64,000 nucleotides of DNA from Bacilli bacterium (GTDB lineage Bacteria; Bacillota_I; Bacilli_A; RFN20; CAG-826): assembly GCA_017454295.1 (NCBI GenBank), contig JAFTDF010000030.1:3896-67895 (forward strand). The letters are read 5' to 3'. Positions 17,718 through 26,648 of the stretch are shown piece by piece. The notes under the pieces were generated by a model. That model had not been told where the DNA came from. It ran no database searches and saw only the letters and a program-made list of their open reading frames with translations. Both the position numbers and the translations under genes were made by a program. The stretch's first letter is position 1, and each line of letters opens with the position of its first letter.

Positions 17718-17724
17718 AGGTAAG

Positions 17725-17732
17725 ATTATACA
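17725..17732 (-). promoter_or_regulatory. extended -10 box (TGtATAAT) 7 nt upstream of the uppS ATG; leaderless-type promoter
   Basis: Minus strand reads aaTGTATAATcttacctATG. There is no SD between the box and the ATG. Confidence 0.5.
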
Positions 17733-17847
17733 TTAGGGAAAACGTTTGCCGAGATGGAAATGAAAGAAATTCATTTCCTTACGATTCCCACTCATATCTC
17801 ATTCCGCTGGATGTTGGTATCAAAAACCTTGCAAAACCCCCGTAAAG

Positions 17848-17876
17848 ATAAAAAAGGCGGGACCTGCCCGCCTTTG
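17848..17876 (-). terminator. rho-independent terminator after frr
   Basis: AAAGGCGGG-ACCTG-CCCGCCTTT (17853-17875) with a T-run on the minus strand. Confidence 0.8.
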
Positions 17877-17888
17877 GAATCCATCCGC

Positions 17889-18434
17889 TTAGATGGACAT
17901 GACTTCTTTGGTTTTTTCGGCGACGATGTCTTCGATGGACTTATTAGCGGCATCGACTTCCTTTTGAAGATCCTTCTCAACGGTCTCTTTGTAGTCGTCG
18001 GACATCGAGTCGTCTTCCTTTAATAAGGAGAGGATGTCGCGGCGGACATTGCGGATACCGACCTTGGCTTCCTCACCGACGGCTTTGGCTTTCTTGGCGA
18101 TGTCTTTGCGGATTTCCTCGGTCATGGCCGGCACCACGATGCGAATGCCGTCGGCTTCCACGGCGGGATTGATGCCGAGGTTGGCGGCGTTGATCGCGGC
18201 GGCGATGGTCTTGATATCCTCGCGGGAATAGGGTTTGATGTAGAGCTGACGCGGTTCGGGGATTTGGATGGAGCAAAGGGAGACGATGTCCATCTTATCG
18301 CCATAATAGTCGCATTTGATCCCTTCTAACATCGCGGGATTGGCGCGGCCCGAACGTAGTTTGGCAAGTTGTCCTTTCAGCGAGGCGATCGTCTTCTCGA
18401 AACGATCTTTGGCTTCGATTACATAAGCATCCAT
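17889..18434 (-). CDS. frr: ribosome recycling factor
   Basis: 181 aa; LRSGRANPAMLEGI motif. AAGGAGA SD upstream. Confidence 0.95.
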   Translation of the reverse strand: MDAYVIEAKDRFEKTIASLKGQLAKLRSGRANPAMLEGIKCDYYGDKMDIVSLCSIQIPEPRQLYIKPYSREDIKTIAAAINAANLGINPAVEADGIRIVVPAMTEEIRKDIAKKAKAVGEEAKVGIRNVRRDILSLLKEDDSMSDDYKETVEKDLQKEVDAANKSIEDIVAEKTKEVMSI

Positions 18435-18448
18435 GGTTGTTTCTCCTT

Positions 18449-19180
18449 TTATTTATGGATAATGGTGCCGATTTTTTCTCCGGAGAGCACCTTTCCGTAG
18501 TTGTCGATATCGTCGGTATTGAAGACGCGGATGACGATGTCTTTGCCTTCGCACATGGCCACCGCGGTCAAATCCATGACCCCAAGTTTCTGCTCGATGA
18601 CGGAATGGAAGGTGAGCTCGGGGAAGAGTTTGGCATTCGGATTCTTCCGCGGATCGGAATCATAGACCCCATCCACCCCGTTTTTCGCCATTAAGATGGC
18701 ATCGGCTTCCACTTCCAGGGCCCTTAAGGTCGCGGTGGAATCGGTGGTGAAATAGGGGTTCCCGGTACCGCCGGCGAAGATGACGACGCGTCCGGATTCC
18801 AAATGGTGGACGGCTCTTCTGCGAATATAGGGTTCGCAAACCTGATTCACGGCGATGGAAGACATCACGCGGCTATCGAGGCCCTTTTGTTCGAGGGCGC
18901 TTTGGATGGCGAGGGCATTGATGATCGTGCCGAGCATTCCCATATAATCCGCCGTGGTGCTTTCGATGCCGATTTTCTCGGCGAGGCGGCCACGCCAGAT
19001 GTTGCCGGCACCGACGACGATGCAGACTTCCACGCCTTGGGACACGACGTTTTTGACGACGGTGGCAAGATTGGACAATTTCATTTCGTCCAAAATCAAA
19101 CCATCATCGGCAGGGGCGAGGGATTCACCCGAAATTTTGATGACGATCCGTTTATAGATAGGGGTCATAGGTTTCTCCAT
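18449..19180 (-). CDS. pyrH: UMP kinase
   Basis: 243 aa. YKRIVIKISGESL and VVGAGNIWRG motifs. Confidence 0.95.
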   Translation of the reverse strand: MEKPMTPIYKRIVIKISGESLAPADDGLILDEMKLSNLATVVKNVVSQGVEVCIVVGAGNIWRGRLAEKIGIESTTADYMGMLGTIINALAIQSALEQKGLDSRVMSSIAVNQVCEPYIRRRAVHHLESGRVVIFAGGTGNPYFTTDSTATLRALEVEADAILMAKNGVDGVYDSDPRKNPNAKLFPELTFHSVIEQKLGVMDLTAVAMCEGKDIVIRVFNTDDIDNYGKVLSGEKIGTIIHK

Positions 19181-19187
19181 TGTTTCT

Positions 19188-19193
19188 ATTATA
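19188..19193 (-). promoter_or_regulatory. -10 box TATAAT 7 nt upstream of the pyrH ATG; leaderless-type promoter
   Basis: Minus strand reads cttTATAATagaaacaATG, immediately after the tsf terminator. No SD. Confidence 0.5.
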
Positions 19194-19220
19194 AAGAAAA
19201 AGGCTCTCGAGGGAGAGCCA
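19193..19220 (-). terminator. rho-independent terminator after tsf
   Basis: GGCTCTC-GAGG-GAGAGCC (19202-19219) with a T-run on the minus strand. Confidence 0.7.
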
Positions 19221-19239
19221 ATTTCATTGGAATCGCTTT

Positions 19240-20088
19240 TTATTCGGCAGCGGAGGCTTCGACGCCTTCCCCGACCATATAACGGACGAAGGAGATGACC
19301 TTGACGCCTTTCTGCTTGCAGAGCTCGGCCACGGTGAGCTTGCCTTCGGGATCGAGGGCATAGGGCTTTTGGTCGAGGCAGTTGTCGCCAAGGCGGGCGG
19401 CGACTTTGCGTTCGGCGATCATCGCACGGACGTTTTCGGGTTTGGCGGCGAGCTTGGGATCGTCCGCGACTTCCTTTTGGGCAAGGGTGAGTTCGCGGGC
19501 CCGGTCTTCGGCGGGAACATCCTCAAGGGTGAGGTAGTAGGGATCGCCGGAAGCGACGGTCATGGCAAGGCCACGATTGACTTCGCCACAATCCTTGGAG
19601 AGGAGGACGAGTGCGGTGATCTTGCCACCCATGTGCTTATAGGTGCCATAGGCTTGGCCTTCTTCGGCTTTGAGAAGGGCAAACCGGCGGAGGACGAAGT
19701 TTTCACGCATGGCCACGACGGCGTCGGTGAAAAGGTCCTGGGTGATTTCCTTGGCTTCTTCGAGGGAAGCGGGCTTCTTCTCGAGGAGGCGAGCGGTGAC
19801 GGCTTCGACGAATTCACCGAATTTGGGAGAACCGGAAACGAAGTCGGTTTCGCAGTTGACTTCGACGATCACGGCATAGCCGCACTTGTCGCAGATTTTG
19901 ACGTTGGTGAGACCTTCGGCAGCGGTACGGCCGGCTTTGGAAGCGGCTTTGGCGATGCCTTTCTCACGGAGGATGTCGATGGCTTTTTCGATATCGCCAT
20001 CGGCTTCAGTGAGGGCTTTCTTGCAGTCCATGATCCCCGCACCGGTGCGGTTCTGGAGATCTTTGATTTGTTGGATGGTAACAGCCAT
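19240..20088 (-). CDS. tsf: translation elongation factor Ts
   Basis: 282 aa. UBA-like N-terminus IKDLQNRTGAGIMDCKKALTEADGDIEKAIDILREKG. The start overlaps the rpsB stop (TAATG). Confidence 0.95.
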   Translation of the reverse strand: MAVTIQQIKDLQNRTGAGIMDCKKALTEADGDIEKAIDILREKGIAKAASKAGRTAAEGLTNVKICDKCGYAVIVEVNCETDFVSGSPKFGEFVEAVTARLLEKKPASLEEAKEITQDLFTDAVVAMRENFVLRRFALLKAEEGQAYGTYKHMGGKITALVLLSKDCGEVNRGLAMTVASGDPYYLTLEDVPAEDRARELTLAQKEVADDPKLAAKPENVRAMIAERKVAARLGDNCLDQKPYALDPEGKLTVAELCKQKGVKVISFVRYMVGEGVEASAAE

Positions 20089-21164
20089 TATTTGCTCTCC
20101 TCAGTGGCGGGTTGTTCCGCTTTGGGGGCTTCGGCCTTGGGGGCTTCGCCTTCCTTCTTTTCGCCTTTGGCGGCTTCGGCAGCGGCCTTGCGGGCGGCAT
20201 AGCGGGCCTGGCGTTCGGCCTGCATCTTGGCATAGCGTTCTTCTTTGGCCTTGCGGGCGGCGCGGACGGCAGCACGATGTTGTTCGGCTTGGACGTCGGC
20301 GACGCGGATGGCGTCGGCCATGGTGGCTTCTTCACCTTCGTCTTTGACGTAGGCGACTTCGGTGAGGGTGATGCCGGTGCGGGCTTCGACGACGGCGTCG
20401 GCGAGGACACCCATCATCAATTTGATGGAGCTGGTGGCATCGTTGTTGGTCGGGATGGGATAGTCGATGCATTCGGGATCATCGTTGGTGTCGACGAGGG
20501 CGAAGACGGGAACGCGGAGCTTGCGGGCTTCGGCGACGGCGTTGTGTTCGAGGGTCGGATCGACGAGGATGATGGCCTGGGGAAGACGACGCATCTCTTT
20601 GATACCGCCGAGGTTCTTATCGAGCTTGGCGAATTCTTTCTTAAGAAGGGCGACTTCCTTCTTGGGGAGGCGTTCCCAGGAACCGTCGGCTTGGGCGGTT
20701 TCGAGTTCGCGGAGACGTTTGATCCGGGATTGGATGGTGCGGAAGTTGGTGAGGGTGCCACCGAGCCAGCGGTTGGTGATGTAGAAGGAGCCGCAGCGGA
20801 GGGCTTCGTCGATCACGATCTGTTGGGCTTGGGGTTTGGTTCCGACAAAGAGGACTTTGCCGCCGGCTTCCACGATGGAACGAAGCGCTTTATAAGCGAC
20901 AATGGCGCGTTCGACGGTCTTGGCAAGGTCGATGATGTAGATCCCGTTACGGGCGCCGTAGATGAACTTGCCCATCTTGGGGTTCCAACGGCGGGTTTGG
21001 TGGCCGAAGTGGACCCCGGCTTCCAAACATTTCTTCATGGTGAGGATCGGGGCTTCGGGATCATGAAGCACCTGGGCCATGGTGATTTCCGGCTGTTCGA
21101 CCGGAGCAGCGGCTTCCTGCGCCACCGCTTCTTTGATTTCGTCACTCATTTTTGTGACCTCCAT
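20088..21164 (-). CDS. rpsB: 30S ribosomal protein S2 with N-terminal and ~96-aa Lys/Ala/Glu-rich C-terminal extensions
   Basis: 358 aa. Core motif LEAGVHFGHQTRRWNPKM. An alternative start at M6 (MSDEIKE) has GGAGGT 7 nt upstream. Confidence 0.9.
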   Translation of the reverse strand: MEVTKMSDEIKEAVAQEAAAPVEQPEITMAQVLHDPEAPILTMKKCLEAGVHFGHQTRRWNPKMGKFIYGARNGIYIIDLAKTVERAIVAYKALRSIVEAGGKVLFVGTKPQAQQIVIDEALRCGSFYITNRWLGGTLTNFRTIQSRIKRLRELETAQADGSWERLPKKEVALLKKEFAKLDKNLGGIKEMRRLPQAIILVDPTLEHNAVAEARKLRVPVFALVDTNDDPECIDYPIPTNNDATSSIKLMMGVLADAVVEARTGITLTEVAYVKDEGEEATMADAIRVADVQAEQHRAAVRAARKAKEERYAKMQAERQARYAARKAAAEAAKGEKKEGEAPKAEAPKAEQPATEESK

Positions 21165-21347
21165 TCGTTTTCTACCTCCCTCGTTTCGAACGATTGACCA
21201 CCCTCTCGCTTTTTAAGCCTAACTTCGGCCCGAGGAGGGAACACGGCATCGAATCCGCGAGGTGTGCATTACCTGCTGAACTCACAGGCGAAGGAAAGTA
21301 TACGCTTACCCGCATATACGAGGCAAGGGTTTTCCAAATGAAATGGT

Positions 21348-22259
21348 TTATTTCTTCGTTCCCCTTTTGGGGAAGAATTGATCGTATTGGGATTTGAGGT
21401 GCTCGGTGGAGACGTGGGTATAGACTTGGGTCGTGTCGATGGTTTCGTGGCCTAAGAGTTCTTGGATCAAACGCAAATCCGCCCCACTTTCGAGCAAATG
21501 GGTGGCAAAGGTATGTCGAAATTCGTGGGGATGGAGCCCCAAATAGTGGCCGGTTTTTTCTTCAACCGAACGCAAGATATATTCCAAACCGCGGACGGTT
21601 AAAGGCGCCCCTTGGGCATTGAGGAAGAAAGTCTTAGGGCGCTTGGAAGAATGATTCTTTTCGGCCAAGAAAGGACGGGTATATTCGGCATATTCCTTCA
21701 TGGCCGCCTCCGCGGTTTTCCCAAAGGGAACATTACGCTCTTTCTTGCCTTTGCCATAGACGGCAATCATGCGGGCCCGATAATCGATTTGGTTGGGGGC
21801 AAAGGAAACCAGTTCAGAGGCCCGCATCCCGGAAGCGTAAAGCAATTCCAAGATCGCCTGATCGCGCTTGGCCAGGGGATCTTCGCGTTTCGCGTTCGCC
21901 TCAAATAAGGCGGTCACTTCTTCTAGATAAAGCGCCTTAGGATAAGTGATTTCCACTTTCGGGGAAGTCACGGAACGGAAAGGGTTGCTGGACACGATTT
22001 CATAGCCATGGAGGTAATCGAAATAACCCCGTAACGCGGAAAGCCGACGAGAGAGAGAACGGCGGGAAATGCCACGCCGCAATTCATGGGCCAAGAAATC
22101 GCGGATATCATCGCGACTTACTTGATACAGATTCACGCCCTGCTTCGATAGATAATCCAAAAACAGGGTGATGTCTTTTTCATAAGAAGTCAGGGTCGCC
22201 GTCGACATCTGGCGTTGCCCTTTTAGAAACCGAAGATATTCACCGAGGGTCTCTTCCAT
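21348..22259 (-). CDS. xerC: tyrosine recombinase XerC/CodV-type
   Basis: Catalytic residues sit in LYASGMRASEL, HPHEFRHTFATHLL and LGHETIDTTQVYTHV. The gene follows trmFO as codV does in B. subtilis. I prefer the start MEETLGEYLRFL (GAGG SD). Confidence 0.85.
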   Translation of the reverse strand: MEETLGEYLRFLKGQRQMSTATLTSYEKDITLFLDYLSKQGVNLYQVSRDDIRDFLAHELRRGISRRSLSRRLSALRGYFDYLHGYEIVSSNPFRSVTSPKVEITYPKALYLEEVTALFEANAKREDPLAKRDQAILELLYASGMRASELVSFAPNQIDYRARMIAVYGKGKKERNVPFGKTAEAAMKEYAEYTRPFLAEKNHSSKRPKTFFLNAQGAPLTVRGLEYILRSVEEKTGHYLGLHPHEFRHTFATHLLESGADLRLIQELLGHETIDTTQVYTHVSTEHLKSQYDQFFPKRGTKK

Positions 22260-23538
22260 CGATTTCGCCTCGATACGATTGTATCGCCTCCAAGGCGGAA
22301 CGGACACAAGATTCGCGGTTGGCTTTGGTGGCGCCCGAAATCAGCGCCCAATTGGCATTCATCGGGGTGAAACGTCCATGCGACGGGGTGGTGATATAGG
22401 CAAGTAACGCCCCTAAGATGGTGGAACGAGGCGGCAAGGCTTCGGGAGCCCCGGAAAGATAACGGTCGAGGCAAATCGCCGCCAAGATGCCAAAGGCGGC
22501 GGATTCGACATAGCCTTCCACCCCGCTTAATTGTCCAGCGACGAAAACGTCTTCCCGGATGGCCAAAGAAAGGTTGGGTCTAAGCAAGCGAGGGGAATCC
22601 AAATAAGCGTTGCGATGCATGAGCCCATAACGGATGAAGACGGCATGTTCCAGGCCGGGGATCATGGAGAAGACCCGCTTCTGCTCCGGATAGGTGAGAT
22701 TGGTTTGGAAACCCACTAAGTTATAGGCATCGCCGAGTTTGGTGTCTTGGCGAAGTTGCAAGACCGCATAAGGACGGCTTCCATCGGGACGTTCCAGGCC
22801 CATGGGTTTTAACGGGCCGTGGCGCAGCGTGTCGAGGCCTCGTGAAGCGATGACCTCCACGGGTAGGCAGCCTTCGAAATATTGGGTGTCAAACGAATGT
22901 AGCGGCGCCTTTTCCGCCTGCAATAACTCGGTGACGAAACGGAGGTATTCGTCTTTCTCAAACGGGCAGTTGATATAGGCTTCATCCCCTTGTTCATAAC
23001 GGGATTTGAAATAGGCTTTGGAGAAGTCGATGCTCTCCTTTTTCACGATGGGGGCAGAGGCATCGAAAAAGGATAAGGCCCCCTCGCCAAGCAAACCCTC
23101 AAGATGAGCCAATAAAGCCGGGGAAGTTAAGGGTCCGGTGGCAAGGATCGTCGGTCCCTCGGGAAGGGAGGTAACCTCTTCGTGATGGACGAAAAGATTC
23201 GGAAACGAGCGGAGTTTTGCGGTAATTTCCTGCGCAAAACCCAGCCGATCGACGCTTAAGGCATTGCCACTAGGCACTTCGTTATGGGCAGCGGCTTCCA
23301 TGGTGATGGAACCTAAAACCCGCATCTCCTCTTTGAGCAAGCCACAGGCGTTTTCGAGTTGCTTGGACTTCAAAGAATTGGAGCAGACCAGCTCTCCAAA
23401 GAGGTCGGTTTCATGGGCGTGGTCATTGACCTGGGGACGGCATTCGTGGAGGTGGACTTCATAGCCTTTCTTGAGTAAGAAAAAGCAGGCTTCGCTCCCG
23501 GCGAGGCCCCCACCGATGACGTGGACTTGCTTTCCCAT
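22240..23538 (-). CDS. trmFO: methylenetetrahydrofolate--tRNA-(uracil54-C5)-methyltransferase
   Basis: 432 aa. FAD motif VIGGGLAGSEA. Gid/TrmFO position after topA. Confidence 0.92.
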   Translation of the reverse strand: MGKQVHVIGGGLAGSEACFFLLKKGYEVHLHECRPQVNDHAHETDLFGELVCSNSLKSKQLENACGLLKEEMRVLGSITMEAAAHNEVPSGNALSVDRLGFAQEITAKLRSFPNLFVHHEEVTSLPEGPTILATGPLTSPALLAHLEGLLGEGALSFFDASAPIVKKESIDFSKAYFKSRYEQGDEAYINCPFEKDEYLRFVTELLQAEKAPLHSFDTQYFEGCLPVEVIASRGLDTLRHGPLKPMGLERPDGSRPYAVLQLRQDTKLGDAYNLVGFQTNLTYPEQKRVFSMIPGLEHAVFIRYGLMHRNAYLDSPRLLRPNLSLAIREDVFVAGQLSGVEGYVESAAFGILAAICLDRYLSGAPEALPPRSTILGALLAYITTPSHGRFTPMNANWALISGATKANRESCVRSALEAIQSYRGEIDGRDPR

Positions 23539-23539
23539 T

Positions 23540-25675
23540 TTATTTTTCTTTCTTATTCAGCCATTCCATGTGCCGGCACTTGGGGAAATTGGTGCAGGCC
23601 AAGAACTTGGCTTTCGGCGTCTCGCGAATGACCATGTGCCCGGTTTTGCAGACGGGACAGGGTTTGACATAATCGCTTTCGGTATAGACTTTCTTCACTT
23701 TGGCCTTGTTGGTGCCTTTGACTAGCGAGGCGGTATAACCACACTTGGGGAAATTGGAGCAGCCGATGAACTTCTCGCCCTTACGGTTTTTCTTGAAGAT
23801 CAAAGGGGAACCACAATCGGGGCAATTCTCTCCGGTGTATTCAGGCTGATCGGCTTCCGCGTCGCGCTTGATGTATTTACAGGAAGGGAATCCGCTGCAA
23901 CCGATGAAGGTTTGGCCTTTTTTACTGCGCTTATAAACCAAAGGACGGCCGCATTCGGGGCAAAGTTCCCCGGTTTCTTCATCCTTTTCTTTTTCCATGT
24001 TTTCTTTGGCTTGTTCGAAATTCTCGATGAAGACGCTATAGAAATCTTTGAGGTTTTGTAAGGAGGTGATCTCGCCGGACTCGACTTTATCGAGTTTGGT
24101 CTCCATCATCGCGGTGTAATCGCTGGAAACGATGTCGGGGAAGAATTTCTCCAAGGTCTCCACGGCGAGTTTGCCATCATCGGTCGGGGAAATCACGCCT
24201 TTGACGGCGGTAATGTATTTCCGGTCCAATAACGTCTTGATGGTCGAGGCATAAGTAGAAGGACGGCCAATGCCTTTTTCTTCCATGGTGCGGACGATGG
24301 AAGCTTCATTGTACTGGGGTTCGGGTTTGGTGAATTTTTGTTCCGCGTGGATGTCCTTGCGCTGCACTTCGTCGTTTTGATTGAGCGATGGCAAATAATC
24401 CTCTTCTTTCTCCTCGGGGTCATGGTAAAGGACGGAGAAGCCCGGGAATAAGGTGCGCGATCCGCTTAAGGAGAAATCCAAACCATTGCCGGAAAGGATC
24501 ATCGAAGTGGCTTCGACTTGCTTCGGCGCCATTAAGGAGGCCATCGCCCGGTTATAGATCAAACGATAGAGCTTGGCTTGGTCGGGGGTGACGAAGGAGG
24601 CCACCACATCCGGCGTGCGATGGGTACCCGTAGGACGGATGGCTTCATGGGCATCCTGGATGTTCTTCTTGCTCTTCTTCCCCTTGGTGAATTTGCCGAT
24701 ATATTCATCCCCATAGACTTCGTGGATGTAAGGAACGGCATGACGGAGATAGAAGTTCTCCGAGATCCGGGTGGAGTCGGTACGCATATAGGTGATCAAA
24801 CCGACATGTTCCCCATTGACGGTCAAGCCTTCATAGAGCTTTTGGGCCGTGGATTGGGTCTTGGTATTGGAAAAGCCATATTTGGTATAGGCTTCTTGCT
24901 GCATCGTCGAGGTGGTAAAAGGCGGCTTGGGGAATACCTGCTTTGGCGTTTTGACGCAGCTGGAAACGACCAGTTGCGAAGGAATCCTAGCCACGATGGC
25001 ATCGGCTTCTTCCTTGCAGGAGCATTTAAACGGCTTGCCGTCCACCTTGGTAAGCGAGGCTTTGTAAGTTTTGCCTTCAATCACGACGTCGATATCGATC
25101 GTCCAATACTCTTTGGGCACGAACGCATCGATGTTTTTCTGCTTATCGACGATTAATTTCAAGGTGGAAGATTGCACACGTCCCGCGGATTTTAGGGAAA
25201 TCTTCTTTTGGAGTAAGCCCGAAACCATGAAACCAATGATACGGTCTTGCATGCGGCGCGCTTCTTGGGCGCCGACGAGATTCATATCGATCTGTTGAGG
25301 GTGGGCTAGCGCTTCAAGAATCGCCGGCTTGGTGATTTCGCGGAACTGCAAACGGGTCTGGGCCTTCAAAGGAAGATGCAACACTTCCGCCAAATGGTAG
25401 GCGATGGCTTCCCCTTCGCGGTCAGGGTCGCTTGCGAGATAGACCACTTCCGCATCCTTGGCGGCTTTGCGCAAGGAAGAAATCACTCGCTCCTTGGCCG
25501 GGGTTAATTGCCAGTCGGGTTTAAACCCGCCTTCGATATCGATTCCCAGGCCCCCTTTGCCATGGGTGGAGAGATCGCGAATGTGGCCTTCGGATGCAAG
25601 GACCTTAAAATCGGATCCGAGATACTTGCCGATGGTTTCGCTTTTTTTGGGTGATTCAACAATGACTAACTTCAT
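23540..25675 (-). CDS. topA: DNA topoisomerase I with three C-terminal zinc ribbons
   Basis: True start MKLVIVESPKKSETIGKYLG (Toprim) at 25675. Zn ribbons include CPECG...CSGFPSC, CPDCG...CSNFPKC and CPVC...CTNFPKC. The 931-aa ORF in the track is an upstream read-through into dprA. Confidence 0.93.
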   Translation of the reverse strand: MKLVIVESPKKSETIGKYLGSDFKVLASEGHIRDLSTHGKGGLGIDIEGGFKPDWQLTPAKERVISSLRKAAKDAEVVYLASDPDREGEAIAYHLAEVLHLPLKAQTRLQFREITKPAILEALAHPQQIDMNLVGAQEARRMQDRIIGFMVSGLLQKKISLKSAGRVQSSTLKLIVDKQKNIDAFVPKEYWTIDIDVVIEGKTYKASLTKVDGKPFKCSCKEEADAIVARIPSQLVVSSCVKTPKQVFPKPPFTTSTMQQEAYTKYGFSNTKTQSTAQKLYEGLTVNGEHVGLITYMRTDSTRISENFYLRHAVPYIHEVYGDEYIGKFTKGKKSKKNIQDAHEAIRPTGTHRTPDVVASFVTPDQAKLYRLIYNRAMASLMAPKQVEATSMILSGNGLDFSLSGSRTLFPGFSVLYHDPEEKEEDYLPSLNQNDEVQRKDIHAEQKFTKPEPQYNEASIVRTMEEKGIGRPSTYASTIKTLLDRKYITAVKGVISPTDDGKLAVETLEKFFPDIVSSDYTAMMETKLDKVESGEITSLQNLKDFYSVFIENFEQAKENMEKEKDEETGELCPECGRPLVYKRSKKGQTFIGCSGFPSCKYIKRDAEADQPEYTGENCPDCGSPLIFKKNRKGEKFIGCSNFPKCGYTASLVKGTNKAKVKKVYTESDYVKPCPVCKTGHMVIRETPKAKFLACTNFPKCRHMEWLNKKEK

Positions 25676-25699
25676 AAAACGACGTGAAATTCGGGCAAC

Positions 25700-25728
25700 A
25701 ATATAGAGGGCGAAAATGGGCTTGTCAA
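25700..25728 (-). promoter_or_regulatory. sigma-A-type promoter for topA
   Basis: Minus strand: TTGACA (rc 25723-25728), 17 nt, TATATT (rc 25700-25705). Confidence 0.55.
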
Positions 25729-25770
25729 ACCCTCCAATCCCCTTTTTCCTATATATAAATAAAGAGTTAT

Positions 25771-26595
25771 TTATAAAGAATTTTTGAAATGGTAGGTGCC
25801 TCCCTTGGCCAAGATTTCTTCGACATCCCGCGTCTCTTCGATCAGGAACGCCCCGTCCTTGATGAGGGCATTGCAACCGGACGCCTCCTCTTCCGCATCG
25901 GATAAAGGATAGGGGATCGCACCCACGTATTTTCCCATGTTCAAGGCAAAGGTGGCCGTGATTAGCGACCCGCTGCGTCGAGCGGCTTCGGCCACGATGG
26001 TCAATTGGGAAAGCCCGGCAATCAAACGGTTCCTCGCCGGGAAGTGTTCCGCGCTTGGGGGCACATCCGGCGGATACTCGCTTAGCAATAGCCCACGCGC
26101 CCCGATCTGCTTTTGTAATAAGCGGTTCTCCGAGGGATAAACGTGATGAAACCCATAGCCAAGCACCGCCACCGCTTTCCCGTGGGGCAAAGCTTCTTGT
26201 AGGGCCGCCGCGTCGATTCCCCGGGCAAGGCCGGATACGATGACGTAATCCTTTTGGGATAATTCTCGCGCCAAAATACTGGCATGTTTTGACCCATAAG
26301 TCGTGGCCTCCCTTGCCCCGACGATCGCCACGCATTTCTCTTCCTGGCGGATCAAGTCAAGATTGCCCTGATAATAAAGCACCAAAGGGGCATAAGGGAC
26401 CCTACTTATGCTCGCGGGGAAATCCTCGTCAAAGACCGTCACGCACTTGCAACGGAGCTTCTTCTTCATCTCTAACCCCGCATCCAGATCCACCCCGGTA
26501 TGACAATGTAAATCCCGGAGCATCGCTTTGGTGTCCCCTTGGCGGATCAGGGACAAGGCGATTAATACATCCCGGTTTTTGATAGTTTCTTCCAT
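25771..26595 (-). CDS. dprA: DNA-processing protein DprA (Smf)
   Basis: Start MEETIKN with GAAGGAGG SD. Rossmann-like core VAIVGAREATTYG...VIVSGLARGIDAAA. Confidence 0.9.
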   Translation of the reverse strand: MEETIKNRDVLIALSLIRQGDTKAMLRDLHCHTGVDLDAGLEMKKKLRCKCVTVFDEDFPASISRVPYAPLVLYYQGNLDLIRQEEKCVAIVGAREATTYGSKHASILARELSQKDYVIVSGLARGIDAAALQEALPHGKAVAVLGYGFHHVYPSENRLLQKQIGARGLLLSEYPPDVPPSAEHFPARNRLIAGLSQLTIVAEAARRSGSLITATFALNMGKYVGAIPYPLSDAEEEASGCNALIKDGAFLIEETRDVEEILAKGGTYHFKNSL

Positions 26596-26648
26596 GAAAA
26601 AACCTCCTTCACTTTTCATATACGCAAGAAGGAGGTCGTTTTGAGAAA

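Noticed and set aside
20112-21197. 361-aa plus-strand ORF antisense to rpsB. Similar long antisense ORFs: 9796..10770, 12295..12993, 13537..14598, 19369..20202, 40719..41504, 41598..42269.
   Set aside because: Each lies fully inside a confidently identified gene on the other strand. Their products are Gly/Asp/Phe/Val-rich low-complexity strings typical of reverse-frame translation of GC-biased codons. None has an SD or promoter.
21348-22259. Tyrosine recombinase as a mobile-element integrase
   Set aside because: It sits in the conserved topA-trmFO-codV position and has XerC/D-type motifs and size. No att-like repeats or cargo genes are adjacent.
25676-26335. N-terminal 220-aa extension of the topA ORF (931-aa version in the track)
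   Set aside because: The extension overlaps dprA in another frame and has an Arg/Gly-rich nonsense composition. The canonical Toprim start MKLVIVESPKK at 25675 has its own TTGACA-17-TATATT promoter.
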